Assembly: GCA_964035545.1 (NCBI GenBank)
Contig: OZ037770.1
Span: 10,484,973 to 10,548,972 of the forward strand
Source: Bugula neritina
Lineage: Eukaryota > Animalia > Bryozoa
Direction: 5' to 3'
DNA: 64,000 nucleotides
In this document: piece after piece, positions 23,634 through 37,343 of the stretch
Numbering within the stretch: position 1 is the stretch's first letter
Layout of the letters: each line of letters starts with the position of its first letter
Translations under genes and position numbers: made by a program
Notes under the pieces: model-generated
What the model was told of the DNA's origin: nothing
Databases searched by the model: none
Seen by the model: only the letters and a program-made list of their open reading frames with translations

Positions 23634-26600
23634 ATGGCTGAGGCTGCAGTGGAAAAAGTTGTGTGTGGATTCTGTTTACTTGAAGAAGGTTTAGAGAATC
23701 CCAAGTGTCTACCATGTGGTCATGTACACTGTTTACTGTGTCTTACTCGTAATGTTGATGTGAATGACATGATCAGGTGTCCCTGGTGTAGGTAAGTTAG
23801 TTTTGTATAAGCAGAGCTGAGATATACTGTTGGTAAAGAGTTATGATTTACATCATATGTTTTTCCTTATATTAATTTGTTGCATTCTGTTATATATAGT
23901 TTTAAATATTACAAAGTTATTATGTGTCTTGTCACAGGGAAGTGTTTGATGTGAGAGTGGAGAATCTTCCATCTGCTGATGTAGAGGACAACTCCATATC
24001 ATGTGACGTGTGCACTAAGAAAGGGATAGAGAAAGTACCAGCAGTAACCTACTGTACTGTGTGTCGAAAACTCTTCTGCAGAAAACATGAGGAGGTAATT
24101 CCTTCACATAACTCTTTTTAACTCAGTTTATGACTGTTTATTTTGTTGTTGCTCAGCATTTCAATGCGATTGTCACAATTAGCTATAAATTTACTTTATT
24201 GTCAAATGCTTTTATTATCTAAAGGACATCCTCCACAATTTGACAATCTTTTAAATCTTTTTTTGCTATGCATAGCTGAGTTTTCTTTATTATATTAATC
24301 AATATTATTGACCCTTGTTCATCACAGTCAACAAGTAGTCTTACATTCTGTAAAAATTTTTTGGGGGTTTACTAAGCAGATAAAATACATTATTTTGTAT
24401 CTAACATCATGAGGATGTAATGCTCTGTAGTGATAGCCTCTAGACTGTGTTCTTAACCTCGTTATGTGTAGTTGAGTTATCTTTATCAATAAATATTTAT
24501 TCTGTTATATTCAGTCACATGATGACACCAATGATGACCACCAGAAGATGACCATATCTGACTACAGAATACAAGCCAAGAGACTGGAGAAAAGAGTTTG
24601 TCCCAAACACACAGCATATCCCTATGTACACGGATGTAGAGTCTGTACTCAACTGTTCTGTGTGCAGTGTGTGTCTCGGAATAACTTGTGTGTTGGAGGT
24701 AACTCTTCTGCTTTTATATCCTTTCATATCATTACTTTAAAGTTTTTTATTTGTATCAACTGTATGTCTAAGTAATTAGTCTTAGTAGGCTACAGTGTCA
24801 ATCAACGATTTCTACTCACCCTTTCCGTTGGAAGTTCGCATTCCGTTATTGTTTATTAATCGAACAAAAGATGGTGAAATACTTAAATAAACAATTTTTC
24901 CAATTATATTTCCAATACTTAGAAACAATTCACCCAATGAAATCAAGGTTAACCCATTAAACTCAAGATTTTAGAGTTTTTATAGTTGAGTCTATTTAAT
25001 TGCATACGTGTGTAGTTTTATGATTTGTTTCATTATTCCTTATGCTTTCTGGTGAACCAATTAATGAACCATGTTGAAAATCTTGTGGCATTTTAAGCAA
25101 ATGAAAATTGAGCCATTCTTATATACGGGAAGTTATCCACTCTTATAAAATTAGGATTTAGACAGTGTTAGTTGGAGTTCATAAGTCTGAAGAGTTCAAG
25201 TAGGGTTCAGTCAGGAAAGACTCGGTCTCATTACTCATAATATCTAAGTTAATCCACAACCTAAATACATGCTAAAATAGTGCTGGGTGGTACTGGAGTT
25301 TGTTAGTTAATTGAAGTATATAATGTTGAGGAAACGAAATTTTATTAAAGTATTAATAGTGATATTGTGCTCCTGTGCCCCATTTGAATAAGTCCTTAGC
25401 CTGATTTAACAAAAAAAACCTTTTTATCAGGGGCTCTCCCACAGGGATGGTGACTATAAGCTTGTGTGAGCCTAAACAATGGTGATATTTTCATTGTTAC
25501 TCAAGCAAATATTAGTGTACATATGATTACATCACTGTGATGTAGATTCAGAACACAAGATGGTTAGTCTAGATGAACTTATCACACAGTTGACAAACAT
25601 AGAACAACTGATAACTACTGAAGATAAGACATCTCATCTCTTCAAACAGATATCTAAGGCTATATCTGACTTTGATACTGAGACTGAAGACTTGCTGAGT
25701 ATTCTTCATACACAGAGAGATGAACAGGTGAGATTCTGAAGAACACAGGCTACTCTCATGTGTTTTCATAGTTCTGTAAGATGTTATTGGTTGGTTAATG
25801 TCTAAGAAACTGTGATAAGTTTGTTTTACTGTAAGTCTCATAGTATGCAGCCAGACAAAGTGAAAGGGCCTAACTGATTGTTTCAAGTCTAGGAAGTGCT
25901 AAGCAATAATCTAGCTAAGAGATCTGAATTTATTTTATTTTGTGCCTCTTTCAGATTTCCAAGTTTAAATCTGAGAATTCAAGATTAACAATAATTTAAT
26001 AGAAATTAAATTTCAGGCAATATGTAACTATACTTATAAAAATTGATTATTAGCTCATAAATAATTAGGGGTGCTGGTTTTTGACCACAAGTTTTTATAG
26101 GCTTGAAGCTGTTTTTATCTCTTTTAGTTAATTAATTAATGTTTATAAACTTTTAGTTCAAGTTTAATTTACATTTGTACAGATAATTCTAGTTCTTGTA
26201 TAAGGTGCATGGAAATGTTATTTAACTACTTTGTGTAATTTGATTTTTGCAGAAATCCTATTCTCAAATTGTCTAATTAGATTTTAAACGTCAAGTATAC
26301 CTAGAAGCTAATATTTTAATCTTTTTTGTGCTACTAAATGTATGAATACCCACCCATTGATTGACTTAGCACTGTCTTATTCTGTGGTGCTAGAAAGTTT
26401 AGCTAACCGTCTTACTTATATAAGTTATGTTTTAGTTGACTGAAGTAAGACTAAAGTATGAGAAACTGGAGAAGGAATTCTTAGCTAGTAGAAAGAAGAC
26501 TAAAGAGGAATTGAACAGATACATGGAAAGAGAAGTTGGAACTGTTTTGTCTCAACTGAGTAACAGTAGAATGAAGATAGAAGCTCAACTTAAGCGAAAC

Positions 26601-29247
26601 AACCAGGCATGTAGACTTCAGTTATCATAGCAATATAGTGACTATTTGGATTAATAAAATAAGTGGTAATGGAAACTAGAAATTATTTTTGATAATCTGT
26701 ACATACATCATATGTTAAACACATTTAATATTTGTAGAGCTATTAATTCATTTTGTTTTATGCCACATCAGTTGGTAGACCACACACGTTGATATAATGC
26801 TCTAGATGGTGAATCTGACATATTGACTTATGTTTAGTTGAAACTCTACTAAGTGTATTTTGTTTTTATGTACTGTAGGTGGATCTGGTTGAAGGATTTG
26901 CAGAGATTAAAGACAGAATACAGAGGCTGATATCTGTTGAGATACCTAGACTAGGGCTGTATGATGTCATGTCTCTAAAGGTCAAAGGTTAGTATACTAT
27001 ACTAGAGCTGTGTGATGTCATGTCTATAAAAGTTAAAAGTTATAATTCTACAACCAAGCATATCAATCTTCCCTGACAAGATTTCAATTCCTAATCTGTT
27101 GTATTGGTATTTCAATGCAGGTACAAGATAGATACAAACCTCATATACATAGATCAGAATATAGTCACCTTAGCTATTATACACCGGCTTTCCATGGACC
27201 GATCTCAGTGAGATCGATCCATGGAAAGACGCCAGATCGATCTGAGAAGTAGAAAAAGACTGCTCGCTACAATGTTGTCTGCTAATAAAAATGATAACTT
27301 ATTGATAATTACTAAGCAAAGTATTAAATAGTTATGATAGCCACCTTTTGAGATACCAAAACTTTGACTTTCAGTACAATGATTAAGAAAACTCAATTGT
27401 ATGCAGTAGAAGGTAAAAAAATGGGGGAATTTAAATTGAATTTCATTGAGTTTCATTAGCTATTTTCTTTGTAATTTTAAGCCTAACAGTCCTGTAAGTT
27501 TATTAATAATCTGCAAGACAGCCATTAATTTTATATAAGCTGTCAAGCTAAAAAATTAAAATTAATCATTTTAAATTGGCCAAATTACCATACACTGAAA
27601 GCTTTGCTGCTTATAGTTTATAGCTGGAATTAAATTTTAGACTACGACCATCTTGTTTTCAACAGTAGTAGCTTTAATCACTCAAATAGGTGAACAAATT
27701 ATACTTTTAAAGTATCCTTCACTTAAGAGGAGGCAACTTCTGACACTCATGGAAAAACGATCTATTTGAGCACATTTCTCAGATCGATCTTAGCGAGATC
27801 GATCTGAGATTGGTACATGGAAAGCCTGTGATAGTGAATTATGGAAATAGCTAGAAGGAAGTATTACATTAAATATGTATATAATAAGAAGAATAGTTCC
27901 TACAGTTTCCCTTACTAACTTTCACTCAACTTGTACTTTGTAGAAGAGAAGAGAGAAATAGAGGCAGAACTGGTTCCTGCAGCAGACAAGATTATTAGTT
28001 TAGATCAAGGAGTGACAACTCCTACTCTTCCTAAATCTCTCAAACTCATACAGTCTGTTGATGTTTCTAATAACTGTTATTCTGTCTGTAAATATGGGGA
28101 TAATATTTATGTAGGACTGCGTAATGGTGCAGGGATAGACAGAGTAGATGAGAGTTTCAGTGTTTCCAAGTCTTTTGTTTCTATTACTAACAATGTATGT
28201 GGTTTAGTAGCTTACACCAACCAGTTGTATGCTTTAATGTGTGTCAGTGATCGCAATCCTCATTGGGTGATACATGTGTATGATCTTACTGGGAAACAGG
28301 TGACCAGCTGGTCCCATCATGATAGTAGTGGTTGTGTAAACAACCTTGCTATTGTTGATGATCAGGTTGTAGTTCTTGATAGAGGCAGTAAAAGACTTAC
28401 AATATACTCTCTTACTGGGGAGGTAATTAAACATGTCTCCTGCCCTCTACTCAGTAAAAGATATGCAGCAATATGTGCTGCAGACAGACATTGTGTAGTA
28501 GTTTCTGACTGGGGTTCCTCTCAAGCATTTAAAGTAGACTTGACAACAGAGAAAGTCATCTGGACATGCAAGGATGTATCTCAACCACAAGGTGTGACCT
28601 GCTATAGAAGTAAATATATTCTTGTGACTAACTGCAGCAGTAAAACCACCATCTGGATACTGGATGTGGAGACAGGTTAGTGATTCCAGTATTGTAATGT
28701 ATGTGTGCAAAATATGATATATTTAACATGTAAACTTTGCTCCATATATACACTACATAATACTGTATGATGATACATTAAATTGTATACACAAACCACA
28801 ATCAGTGGGTGGGCTGTTAGTAAGCCATTTAATAATCAAATTCACAGCTCTACTGTATGTAATGGTCTTTATAATATAAATATATAGCTACATTTACCTT
28901 CCATTTGGTTGTACACTATTCACACATTTGCTGCACAGTGCACTTTACAAATTGATAAGTATATTGTTAGGAAGTTGCTATTATAGGCCTATTGACTATA
29001 ATTATTGAAACACATGACTAAAATATATTATAACAATATGCAGTCACAAATGTTTCTCTTCAGTGTCGGGATACATATTATATTCAAGCTATATTGAACT
29101 TGTTATATTGTAGGTAGACAGTTGTCTATGCTAGAAGATACAACTGTTAGGAGGGATAGTGATGTACTTGATCTCCATGTGTATAAAGATATGCTGATTG
29201 TACCCAGATGGAGTGAGGATAAAGTTCTATTCTACCAACTCAACTGA
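23634..29247 (+). CDS. TRIM-like E3 ligase copy 2, RING-Bbox1-Bbox2-coiled coil-beta-propeller, ~608 aa; exons 23634-23791, 23938-24094, 24515-24698, 25546-25727, 26436-26606, 26879-26987, 27944-28675, 29114-29247
   Basis: C3HC4 RING CGFC..CGHVHCLLC..CPWC; B-box1 CDVC..CTVC..FCRKH; B-box2 CPKH..CRVC..CVQC. Phases are consistent over 1827 nt; intron 5 has a GC donor. Confidence 0.88.
25150..25480 (+). mobile_element. Degenerate SINE-like repeat
   Basis: 3' motif CTCCCACAGGGATGGTGACTATAAGCTTG is shared with 40930-40965 (minus) and 62335-62370. Confidence 0.4.
27182..27830. mobile_element. MITE with CAC...GTG ends (CMC/EnSpm-like), 649 bp, in TRIM copy 2 intron 6
   Basis: TIR CACCGGCTTTCCATGGACCGATCTCAG / CTGAGATTGGTACATGGAAAGCCTGTG. 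3-bp TSD ATA. GATCGATC subterminal repeats. Absent at the paralogous site 599-601. Confidence 0.85.
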
Positions 29248-29523
29248 ACAGGTATTATGTATTTAGTAATAAGAGTTTCATCCCATTACCTAATGGAGGG
29301 TAAGTTTTGCATTTAAATGTTAACAGAGGCTAAAACTACTTCCAATCAATGGAATGTGTCTATTTATATACTGTGACATCACACAGCAGAAATAGTTTCA
29401 ATTTTTCTCTGCTTGTATTTCTATTTAGCCAAAAAAATTTGTTAAACTTTTGAGTCGTGCCTTTTTATTCTACATTCTGTTGATATTGTTAAATTGTTTT
29501 GTTAGCTATTTACATAGTGCTGA

Positions 29524-29760
29524 TGGTGTCCAGTAATAATAGTGCAGGCAAAACTGGCACAGGTGGCAAAGTAGGTAAAATTGGCAAATTTTCAATATTA
29601 GGGTGTTAGGTTGAGGATTTGGAATATATGGGGTTTGGGGATGGGGTTTAAGGGTGTGGGGTTTTGGAAAAGGTAACACAAGTTTGCCATTTTTACTTTC
29701 TTTCCATTTGTGCCATTACTACTTGTGCCATTATTACCTGTTCCATCATTACCTAAAGTC
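29524..29760. mobile_element. Small palindromic insertion with a G/T-rich centre
   Basis: TGGCACA/TGTGCCA inverted arms; AGTGCTGA on both flanks (29516-29523, 29761-29768); not seen in the paralogous region near 2560. Confidence 0.55.
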
Positions 29761-30518
29761 AGTGCTGACTAACATACTAAATCTATGACAACTTTCTTGT
29801 ATGTTTGTCTCCTATATTACTAGCTGTGATATGTCATAAGCTACTAATAGTCGTGAGACAATATTATATGGGTTAGAATATTATTTATTCATCTTAACTT
29901 GTTTTCTCAATCATCAGTATATTTATTACAGAAAATAGACTGATGTGGAACAGGAAGTAGTTTCTGCAGCAGACACATCTAGTTATTTGGTTTAGAAAGT
30001 GGCAAGTGAAAAGGCAGCTGATTGGTCCATTCATCTGACCTAGTAACACTCTATGGTTACATTACCATGTCATTCATATGATACTTACTGTAACATTATT
30101 CTATACTATCTATCATACAGGACTGAGAACTAAGTAGTAGCAGTTATTGTATATTATCTTTCTTATAGGAGTGAAAACTATGTAGTACTTGCTTTCTATT
30201 GCCAATCAAAATAGTTTTATGACATATAATAACTATATATTTTTCAATATTAGGAAATGGTTTAACCTACATACTTTGAGTAGCATAATATCAGAATCTA
30301 GTAACACTTACATCAGTGTCAAAGAAAGTCAACATCTGTCAACATTAGTCAAAATTAGTCATGTGACAGTTTTGCACGGGTCAAGCTGCCCAGTTTCCTT
30401 TCTATTGTTTAAGAATATGATGAGGCTACTCAATTACTAATAACATAATATTACCTCATCCTTTACTCCTAGTGTATAATCTTGTTGATATAATTTTCTT
30501 GTTGTTAGAAAATGTTAC

Positions 30519-30582
30519 AGCTGTAAATTAAACCCAGACCTTTTAGTTGAGATTCATGTGTCCTACCAACTGTGTCATCCTC
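30519..30582 (-). mobile_element. tRNA-derived SINE head (paralogue at 36250-36312)
   Basis: Minus strand shows A-box-like TGACACAGTTGG; the 36250 copy has B-box GGTTCAATTCC. Confidence 0.5.
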
Positions 30583-32035
30583 TCTCTATCATATTAGTAA
30601 TATTTTACTCCATATTACTAGTCATATCATTAGCCATATTGTATTAATATTAGCCTGTCTTATTTACGTAGCTTATTTGATTTATGTTTTTCAAAAATAA
30701 ATATTTTCCTTCTTCTGTGCTTTCAAACTATATTCTTAGAAAAGATGCACTGAAGGCTTATTTGTACTGCAAACTAAAGTAGAAGCTGTCACAGTGTAGA
30801 CTGTAGAGTATTAGAGATGTTATATTCTTAGTTCTGACTTGTTAGAAGTCAGTCTCTGTATCACCTTACTGCACTGTCTTTATTTTACTCATTGGTGCAC
30901 CTTGTATATGTCAACTGAATATTAAATATATTCAACAGTTCAACAGAGTTAGTATGTCAAATAAATCCTTTACACTGTATCACAGTTATGATGTAGTATT
31001 CTACATCTATACAAGGCATATACTAATGGTAGTGCTTATTAATTACTCTCTAAGTGGTAACAGTAGTAACAGTAGAACCATCAATCTCACTGGTGCCATA
31101 TTCTATCATTTAACCAGCATATTATAATAATTGGAAACTTGCAATGTAATATTGTCTTAGTAATATTATGTACATCAAAGTGTGGTACACTGGCTTATAT
31201 ACATTCAAGAAGGCATGTTATATTCTCTAGCATGTTATCAGTAAACAAAATCTTATAAACATTATGAAGGCTTACTGCTGAGACTATCAATTGACATATT
31301 ATAAATAAATTTGCTGCCTCTAGTATGCACTCAGTTTATCATAATGGAAGGACAACTCTAATATGCCAAAAATGCCCATTTGATTTTATCAAGAACAGCC
31401 TTGGAAAACTTGTATAATTACACTGCTTGCAGTTTGTGTATATTTTTCTATGCAAATGCAAGTATTGCTCAGTTACTCAATGACTAGTATTTGGCAATGT
31501 ATTGTTGCTATTCTTTCATATGATAGAGAAAGCGTTAGCCAATAGGAATCATTATTCCTACTGAGGAGGGGCGTGACTACAATAAACAATTACAGATGTC
31601 ATTCTAGTATTAGTTTATGCACTGTTGCTTTACAATGATATATAGAAAGTCTTAGCCAATAAGATCATTTCATTCTGACTGACAAGGGGCGTGGTTACAA
31701 GAACCAATAATTCAAGTTGGCATAAGTTATTCAAAATTTATTTACAGGCTATAGGTAAAATATTACTATTTCATAATGAATAGATACACTATGAAGTAGA
31801 ACCTAAAGTACAGCATTGTACAGAATCATTAAAACATGATGAGTAGAATTATAACTTATTGACCTTGCTGGAAAATATACACAATAGTTGAGTATGTGAA
31901 TTACTGGTTGTATAATAGTGAAGCAGCTATATATTATAAGAAATTATAAAATATTTACTGTATAAATATAATGTCACATGTATTCATTATGTAATACATG
32001 TTATAATGTATAATAATAATAACATTAGGAATCTG

Positions 32036-32130
32036 ATAGCCTCAGTATCAGTGCAAATACTTGTCAAGGAGAGGGCGACTCTTACTCTGATGTATATATG
32101 TGGCCATTTTGTTGAGGAACTCAACTCTAT
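32036..32130 (-). pseudogene. Second relic of exportin-4 exon 21
   Basis: TTGTCAAGGAGAGGGCGACTC..TGATGTAT...GGCCATTTTGTT matches 39478-39540 and 4888-4950. Confidence 0.75.
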
Positions 32131-32559
32131 CTTTATCATCTCAGCACTTACAATGTTATTAAGATTTACAGTAAAGTATTTTTCATAATATTATGCTATG
32201 TATCTGTTGATGAATCTTTCACCAGCTAGGTCCTTTATGTTCTAGTACAATGTTTCTCTATAATATGTCACTTTATATTACTCATTGTAATTCATATGCT
32301 AATGAAGTGAATATAAATAAAGTATAATTAATAAACTCTTACAATTCAGAGCATGTATATCAAATGACAATAGATCTTCTGTAGACCTGGGAAAGTAGAC
32401 TGTTGCATCAGAACTGAATAAATAAATATATATATAATTATTTTCTCATCATGCTGCAGTATAGACATTCTTCAGCTCTGATATTTTCTAACTATAGAGT
32501 TATACTTATAGTTGATAGTCAACTGCATGTATATTGTTAGTGCTACACATTGTAAAATA

Positions 32560-32632
32560 ATTGCCCCCATTCGAACCACAGACCTCCTCCGGCTTGCAAG
32601 CAGGCACACTAGCCAATTATGCTACAGGGGTT
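32560..32632 (-). mobile_element. tRNA-derived SINE head
   Basis: Minus strand TAGCATAATTGG (A box) ... GGTTCGAATG (B box); replaces the paralogous sequence at ~7035-7100. Confidence 0.5.
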
Positions 32633-33163
32633 TTGGGATTCCAAGCAACACACACCAGATATATATGTCTACAAGTACATGATTATAACCCCATAATCAT
32701 TACAAAATATGGTTTCAAACTCTTTAATGTAGTGAGGAAAGATAAAATATTATAATGTGCTAATATTTAATGTCATGGTGAGGTATAAAGCATGTGATGA
32801 GATAAACATTAAGCTTTAAAACTATTTCCTATATGTTGTGTTTGTCATGTATTATAGAACAATGGTTTGTTCTTTGATGGTTGTAGTTGTATGATTATAG
32901 CAAGCCAGTCATTTGTTCCTGTCAATTATTGCAGTTTTTAGGACTTATACAGTTGCTAGAATTTTATAAGCATATCTAGAAAAATGCGGTATTTATTTCA
33001 TTTCAAAATAATATAATAATTTAGTATAATAATTGTCTAATGATGTGTCGGAACGCTATATAGCCTTGCAGGCTACGGCCTTTTGCATATAATAGTAATA
33101 GTATTATGGTAAGGAACAGGGATGCCCATAAGCGCAGGATGTAGAAGTAAGACAACCCCGTGC

Positions 33164-33370
33164 TTTCGTCGGAGAACTAGAAAAGGTTAAAATGGGAGTC
33201 GCGCGCTTTCACTTATAAAATAATATCCGGTTGCTATCTTCCGTTGGGGATTTCCCGAACGCCATTACTAACTTTAGTCATTAGTGTCAGTATTCTGCTG
33301 AATTGCTGATAAAGTTTTAGTTGACTAAATAAAACTAACTTTCAGAGTGATCAGTGACTCAAACGTGATT
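33164..33370 (+). promoter_or_regulatory. Putative promoter of TRIM copy 3 (uninterrupted version); kappaB site at 33246-33256
   Basis: Near-identical to 22013-22215. Confidence 0.5.
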
Positions 33371-35169
33371 AGATCACACGCTCCAGCTACTGTAATTTAA
33401 CAAAATGCAGTGCTAAATTGTCATTCACTTGCAATTTGCAGCGCTTCTACTTGCCACTTTATCACTTATTACTTAATCTTATTACAGTAGTACTAGTAGT
33501 ATTACTATTAGTATTAGTAATGGCAATAATACTAGTAGTACTTTAATAGTAGTAGTACTACTAGTGAATTACTAGTTTTCTACTAGCAGTACATTAGTCC
33601 TAGTAGTAATACTGGTGGTAGTACTTGGCACTGTCACTATGACTATGGGCATGGCAATTGATTTAAAATTCATTTTCATTTTAAATTTGGCTTTCAAATT
33701 CAACATTGGTTATGAATTAAAATATCATTATGAGTATCACTTTTAGACTCAGTATGAGTATCAGCATGACTATGAGACATGATGTTAAGTTAGAGTATAC
33801 ATTGATTAAATTTAATAGTATCACTATTAGTTTTAGTATCACTCTGACTTATAGTTAAAAAATTAGTATTAGTAATAGTATCACTGATACTAATACTAAT
33901 ACTAATACTGTGATAGTTTTACAGTATTACGACTACTACAACTGTTAGAATCATTATCATATTCATACTCATAGCCATAGTGACCCTGTCTACTTATAGT
34001 TACACTACTACTGATACTAATAGTAACATTATCATATGACTAATACTTTTCGAAATAGAATGTGATTAATAGAAAGTGCATGTGAGTGATCATCATTATC
34101 ACTTACACTATCACTCTGACTATGGTTGTTTTGCTGCGTGTTTGTTGGTAACCACTACCCTAACCAATAATGATTATAAATATTAGCCTCTTTCCACTTT
34201 AAAACTATTACTATAGGTATAGCATTTTTGTGGGTAACCACTATCCTAGCCAATAATCATTATAAATATTAGCCTGTTTAAAACTTTAAAATTATTACTA
34301 TAACTATGGGTATGGCATTGTAGGTGTCAGTATAACAACTAGAAGTATCATAACCTGTAAGTTAACATGTTTGTTGTAATTAATGAATAAATGATTAAAT
34401 CATTGTCATTAGTGTTATGAATAATAACCGATTAGTGTGGGTATCAATATGAGTATAAGTATGATTATCTGAATACCAAAACATATAATACTGAGTCTTA
34501 TACTTATAGTTACTATAAGTATGAGACTCCCAGTATCACTATTGAGGTTGATATTTACCTGCATTAGCCAGTCACTGAATCATCAACTTTGAGTATCTAC
34601 ATATAGTTAAGATCGAATATGAATATCAAGATGAATACCACTGTTAAGTGTTAGTGATTATTAGTATCACTCTGACTATCCATATTACTAAGAGTAGAAG
34701 CAACGATATCCTTATTCTATGTTCTAAGTATAAGTATTCAAATTTATTGTGAATATTTGTAACTACATGAAATAGTACAATATGTGTACAGCATCCAGTT
34801 GGTTAATCAAATCTTGGAAATCTTTTCGATTCAGTAGTTGAAAATGTTAAGCAGTCCAAGTCAAATGATTTTATCAAATTAGTTATTATTAATTATCCAC
34901 TGCTTATAGCTAATGTTTTTACTTTTAATCTGCTTCTTTTGGTTTGCTTTTTGATATTTGAAAGGCATACAGTTTCAATTCATGGGGTTTCACTGTAACT
35001 CAGTAATTTAGTGCTAGTTCTTAATAGTATACATATTAAATGTATTTTAAATGCTTCTAGGAATTGGTTTTGTTTGTTTTGTTTTTTCCTATCAATTTTT
35101 TGTTTTTTGTTTCGGAAAAAAATTGTTTTTAGGTGAAGCTTACCATACTATTTTATAGGGTGGGTCAAA

Positions 35170-35988
35170 ATGGCGGAGGCTGCAGTGGAAAAAGTTGTGT
35201 GTGGATTCTGTTTACTTGAAAAAGATTTTGAGAATCCCAAGTGTCTACCATGTGGTCATGTACACTGTTTACTGTGTCTTACTCGTAATGTTGATGTGAA
35301 TGACATGATCAGGTGTCCCTGGTGTAGGTAAGTTAGTTTTGTATAGACAGAGCTGAGACATGCTGCTGCTAAAAAGATAATGATTTCACCTCATACTGAA
35401 TTATTGCCTAACATTACATATAATTTCAATTATTACTGAATAATTATGTATCTTGTCACAGAGAAGTGTTTGATGTGAGAGTGGAGAATCTTCCATCTGC
35501 TGATGTAGAGGACAACTCCGTATCATGTGACGTCTGCACTAAGAAAGGGATAGAGAAAGTACCAGCAGTAACCTACTGTGCTGTGTGTCGTAAACTATTT
35601 TGTAGAAAACATGAGGAGGTAATTCTCTCACATAACTTTTTTTAAATCAGTTTATGACTGTTGCTGTGTTTATTTTGCTGTTGCTAAGCTTTTCAATGTA
35701 AATAATTAGCTATAAATTTACTTTAGTTTAGAGTGATTTTATTTTATTTATGACACCCTTCACAACGTGACAATTTTTTTAAATACATATTCTGTTATAT
35801 TCAGTCACATGATGACACCAATGATGACCACCAGAAGATGACCATCTCTGACTACAGAATACAAGCCAAGAGACTGGAGAAAAGAGTTTGTCCCAAACAC
35901 ACAGCATATCCCTACTCACTGGGATGTAGAGTCTGTGTTCAGCTGTTCTGTGTGCAGTGTGTATCTCAGACTAACTTGTGTGTTGGAG
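35170..35988 (+). pseudogene. TRIM copy 3, truncated: RING, B-box1 and B-box2 exons only (35170-35327, 35462-35618, 35805-35988)
   Basis: Exons are open with intact splice sites. At ~36170 the sequence jumps to the homologue of ~30430, so the coiled-coil and propeller exons are deleted. Confidence 0.8.
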
Positions 35989-36877
35989 GTAACTCTACTG
36001 CTTTTATACCGTATCTATACTTAACAGCTTTTTACTTGTATTTAAAGTATGTTTGAGTAATTAGTCCTAGTAGGCCACATTGTCCATCAACACTGTCTAT
36101 TCATTCTTATTTCGGAAGCTTGAATACTGTTATTGTGTATTCATCACATAAAAGAAGGTAGAAATCAATTACTAATAACATATTATGTCATCCTTTACTC
36201 CATGTACATTTTTTAATTGATTGTTGATTGTCTTGTTAGTAAATGTTGCAGCTGGGAATTGAACCCAGATCTCTTAGTAGAGAGTCATGTGTCCTACCAA
36301 CTGTGTCATCCTCTCTCTATCATATTAGTAATATTTTACTCCATATTACTAGTAATATCATTAGCCATATTGTATTAATATTAGCCATGTGTTAGTTAGC
36401 TTATTTGAGTTCTGTTTTTCCAAAAATAAATACTTTGCTTGTTCGCTGATTTTAAAATATAGTAGAAAACAGTGACTCATTCATACTGCAAACTAAAGTA
36501 AAAGCTTTCATAGTGTAGAGTATTAGAGATGTTATATTCTTAGTTCTGACTTGTTAGAAGTCAGTCTCTGTATCACCTTACTGTACTGTCTTTATTTTAC
36601 TCATTGGTGCACCTTGCATATGTCAACTGAATATTAAATATATTCAACAGTTCAACAGAGCTAGTATGTCAAATAAATCCTTTACACTGTATCACAGTTA
36701 TGATGTAGTATTTTATATCTACTGGGCAACAAGGCATATATTGATGGTAGTGCTTACTAATTGCTCTCTACATAGTAACAGTAGAAGCGTAAATTTCAAA
36801 TCTCACTGATGGCATAGCCTATATCAATTAACCAGCATATTATAATTAATGGAAACTTGCAATGTAATATTGTCTTA

Positions 36878-37343
36878 GTAATATTATGCACATCAAAGTA
36901 TGGTACACTGGCTTATATACATTCAAGGGGGCATGTTATATTCCCTAGCATGTTATCAGTAAACAAAATAATATTATAAATGTTATGAAGGCTTACTGCT
37001 GAGACTACCAATTGGCATATAATAAATAAATTTACTGCATCTAATATGCACTCAGTTTATCATAATGGAAGGACAACTCAACATGCCAAAAGATGCCCAT
37101 TTGAGTTTCTTGGTAATATTATGCACATCAAAGTGTGGTACACTGACTTATATACATTCAAGGGGCATGTTATATTCCCTAGCATGTTATCAGTAAACAA
37201 AACATTATAAACATTATGAAGGCTTACTGTTGAAACTATAAATTGGCATATAATAAATAAATTTACTGTGTCTAATATGCACTCAGTTTATCATAATGGA
37301 AGGACAACTCTAATACGCCAGAAATGCCCATTTGAGTTTCTTG
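36878..37343. repeat. ~235-bp tandem duplication
   Basis: GTAATATTATGCACATCAAAG...ATGCCCATTTGAGTTTCTTG occurs twice here and once in the paralogous units. Confidence 0.85.
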
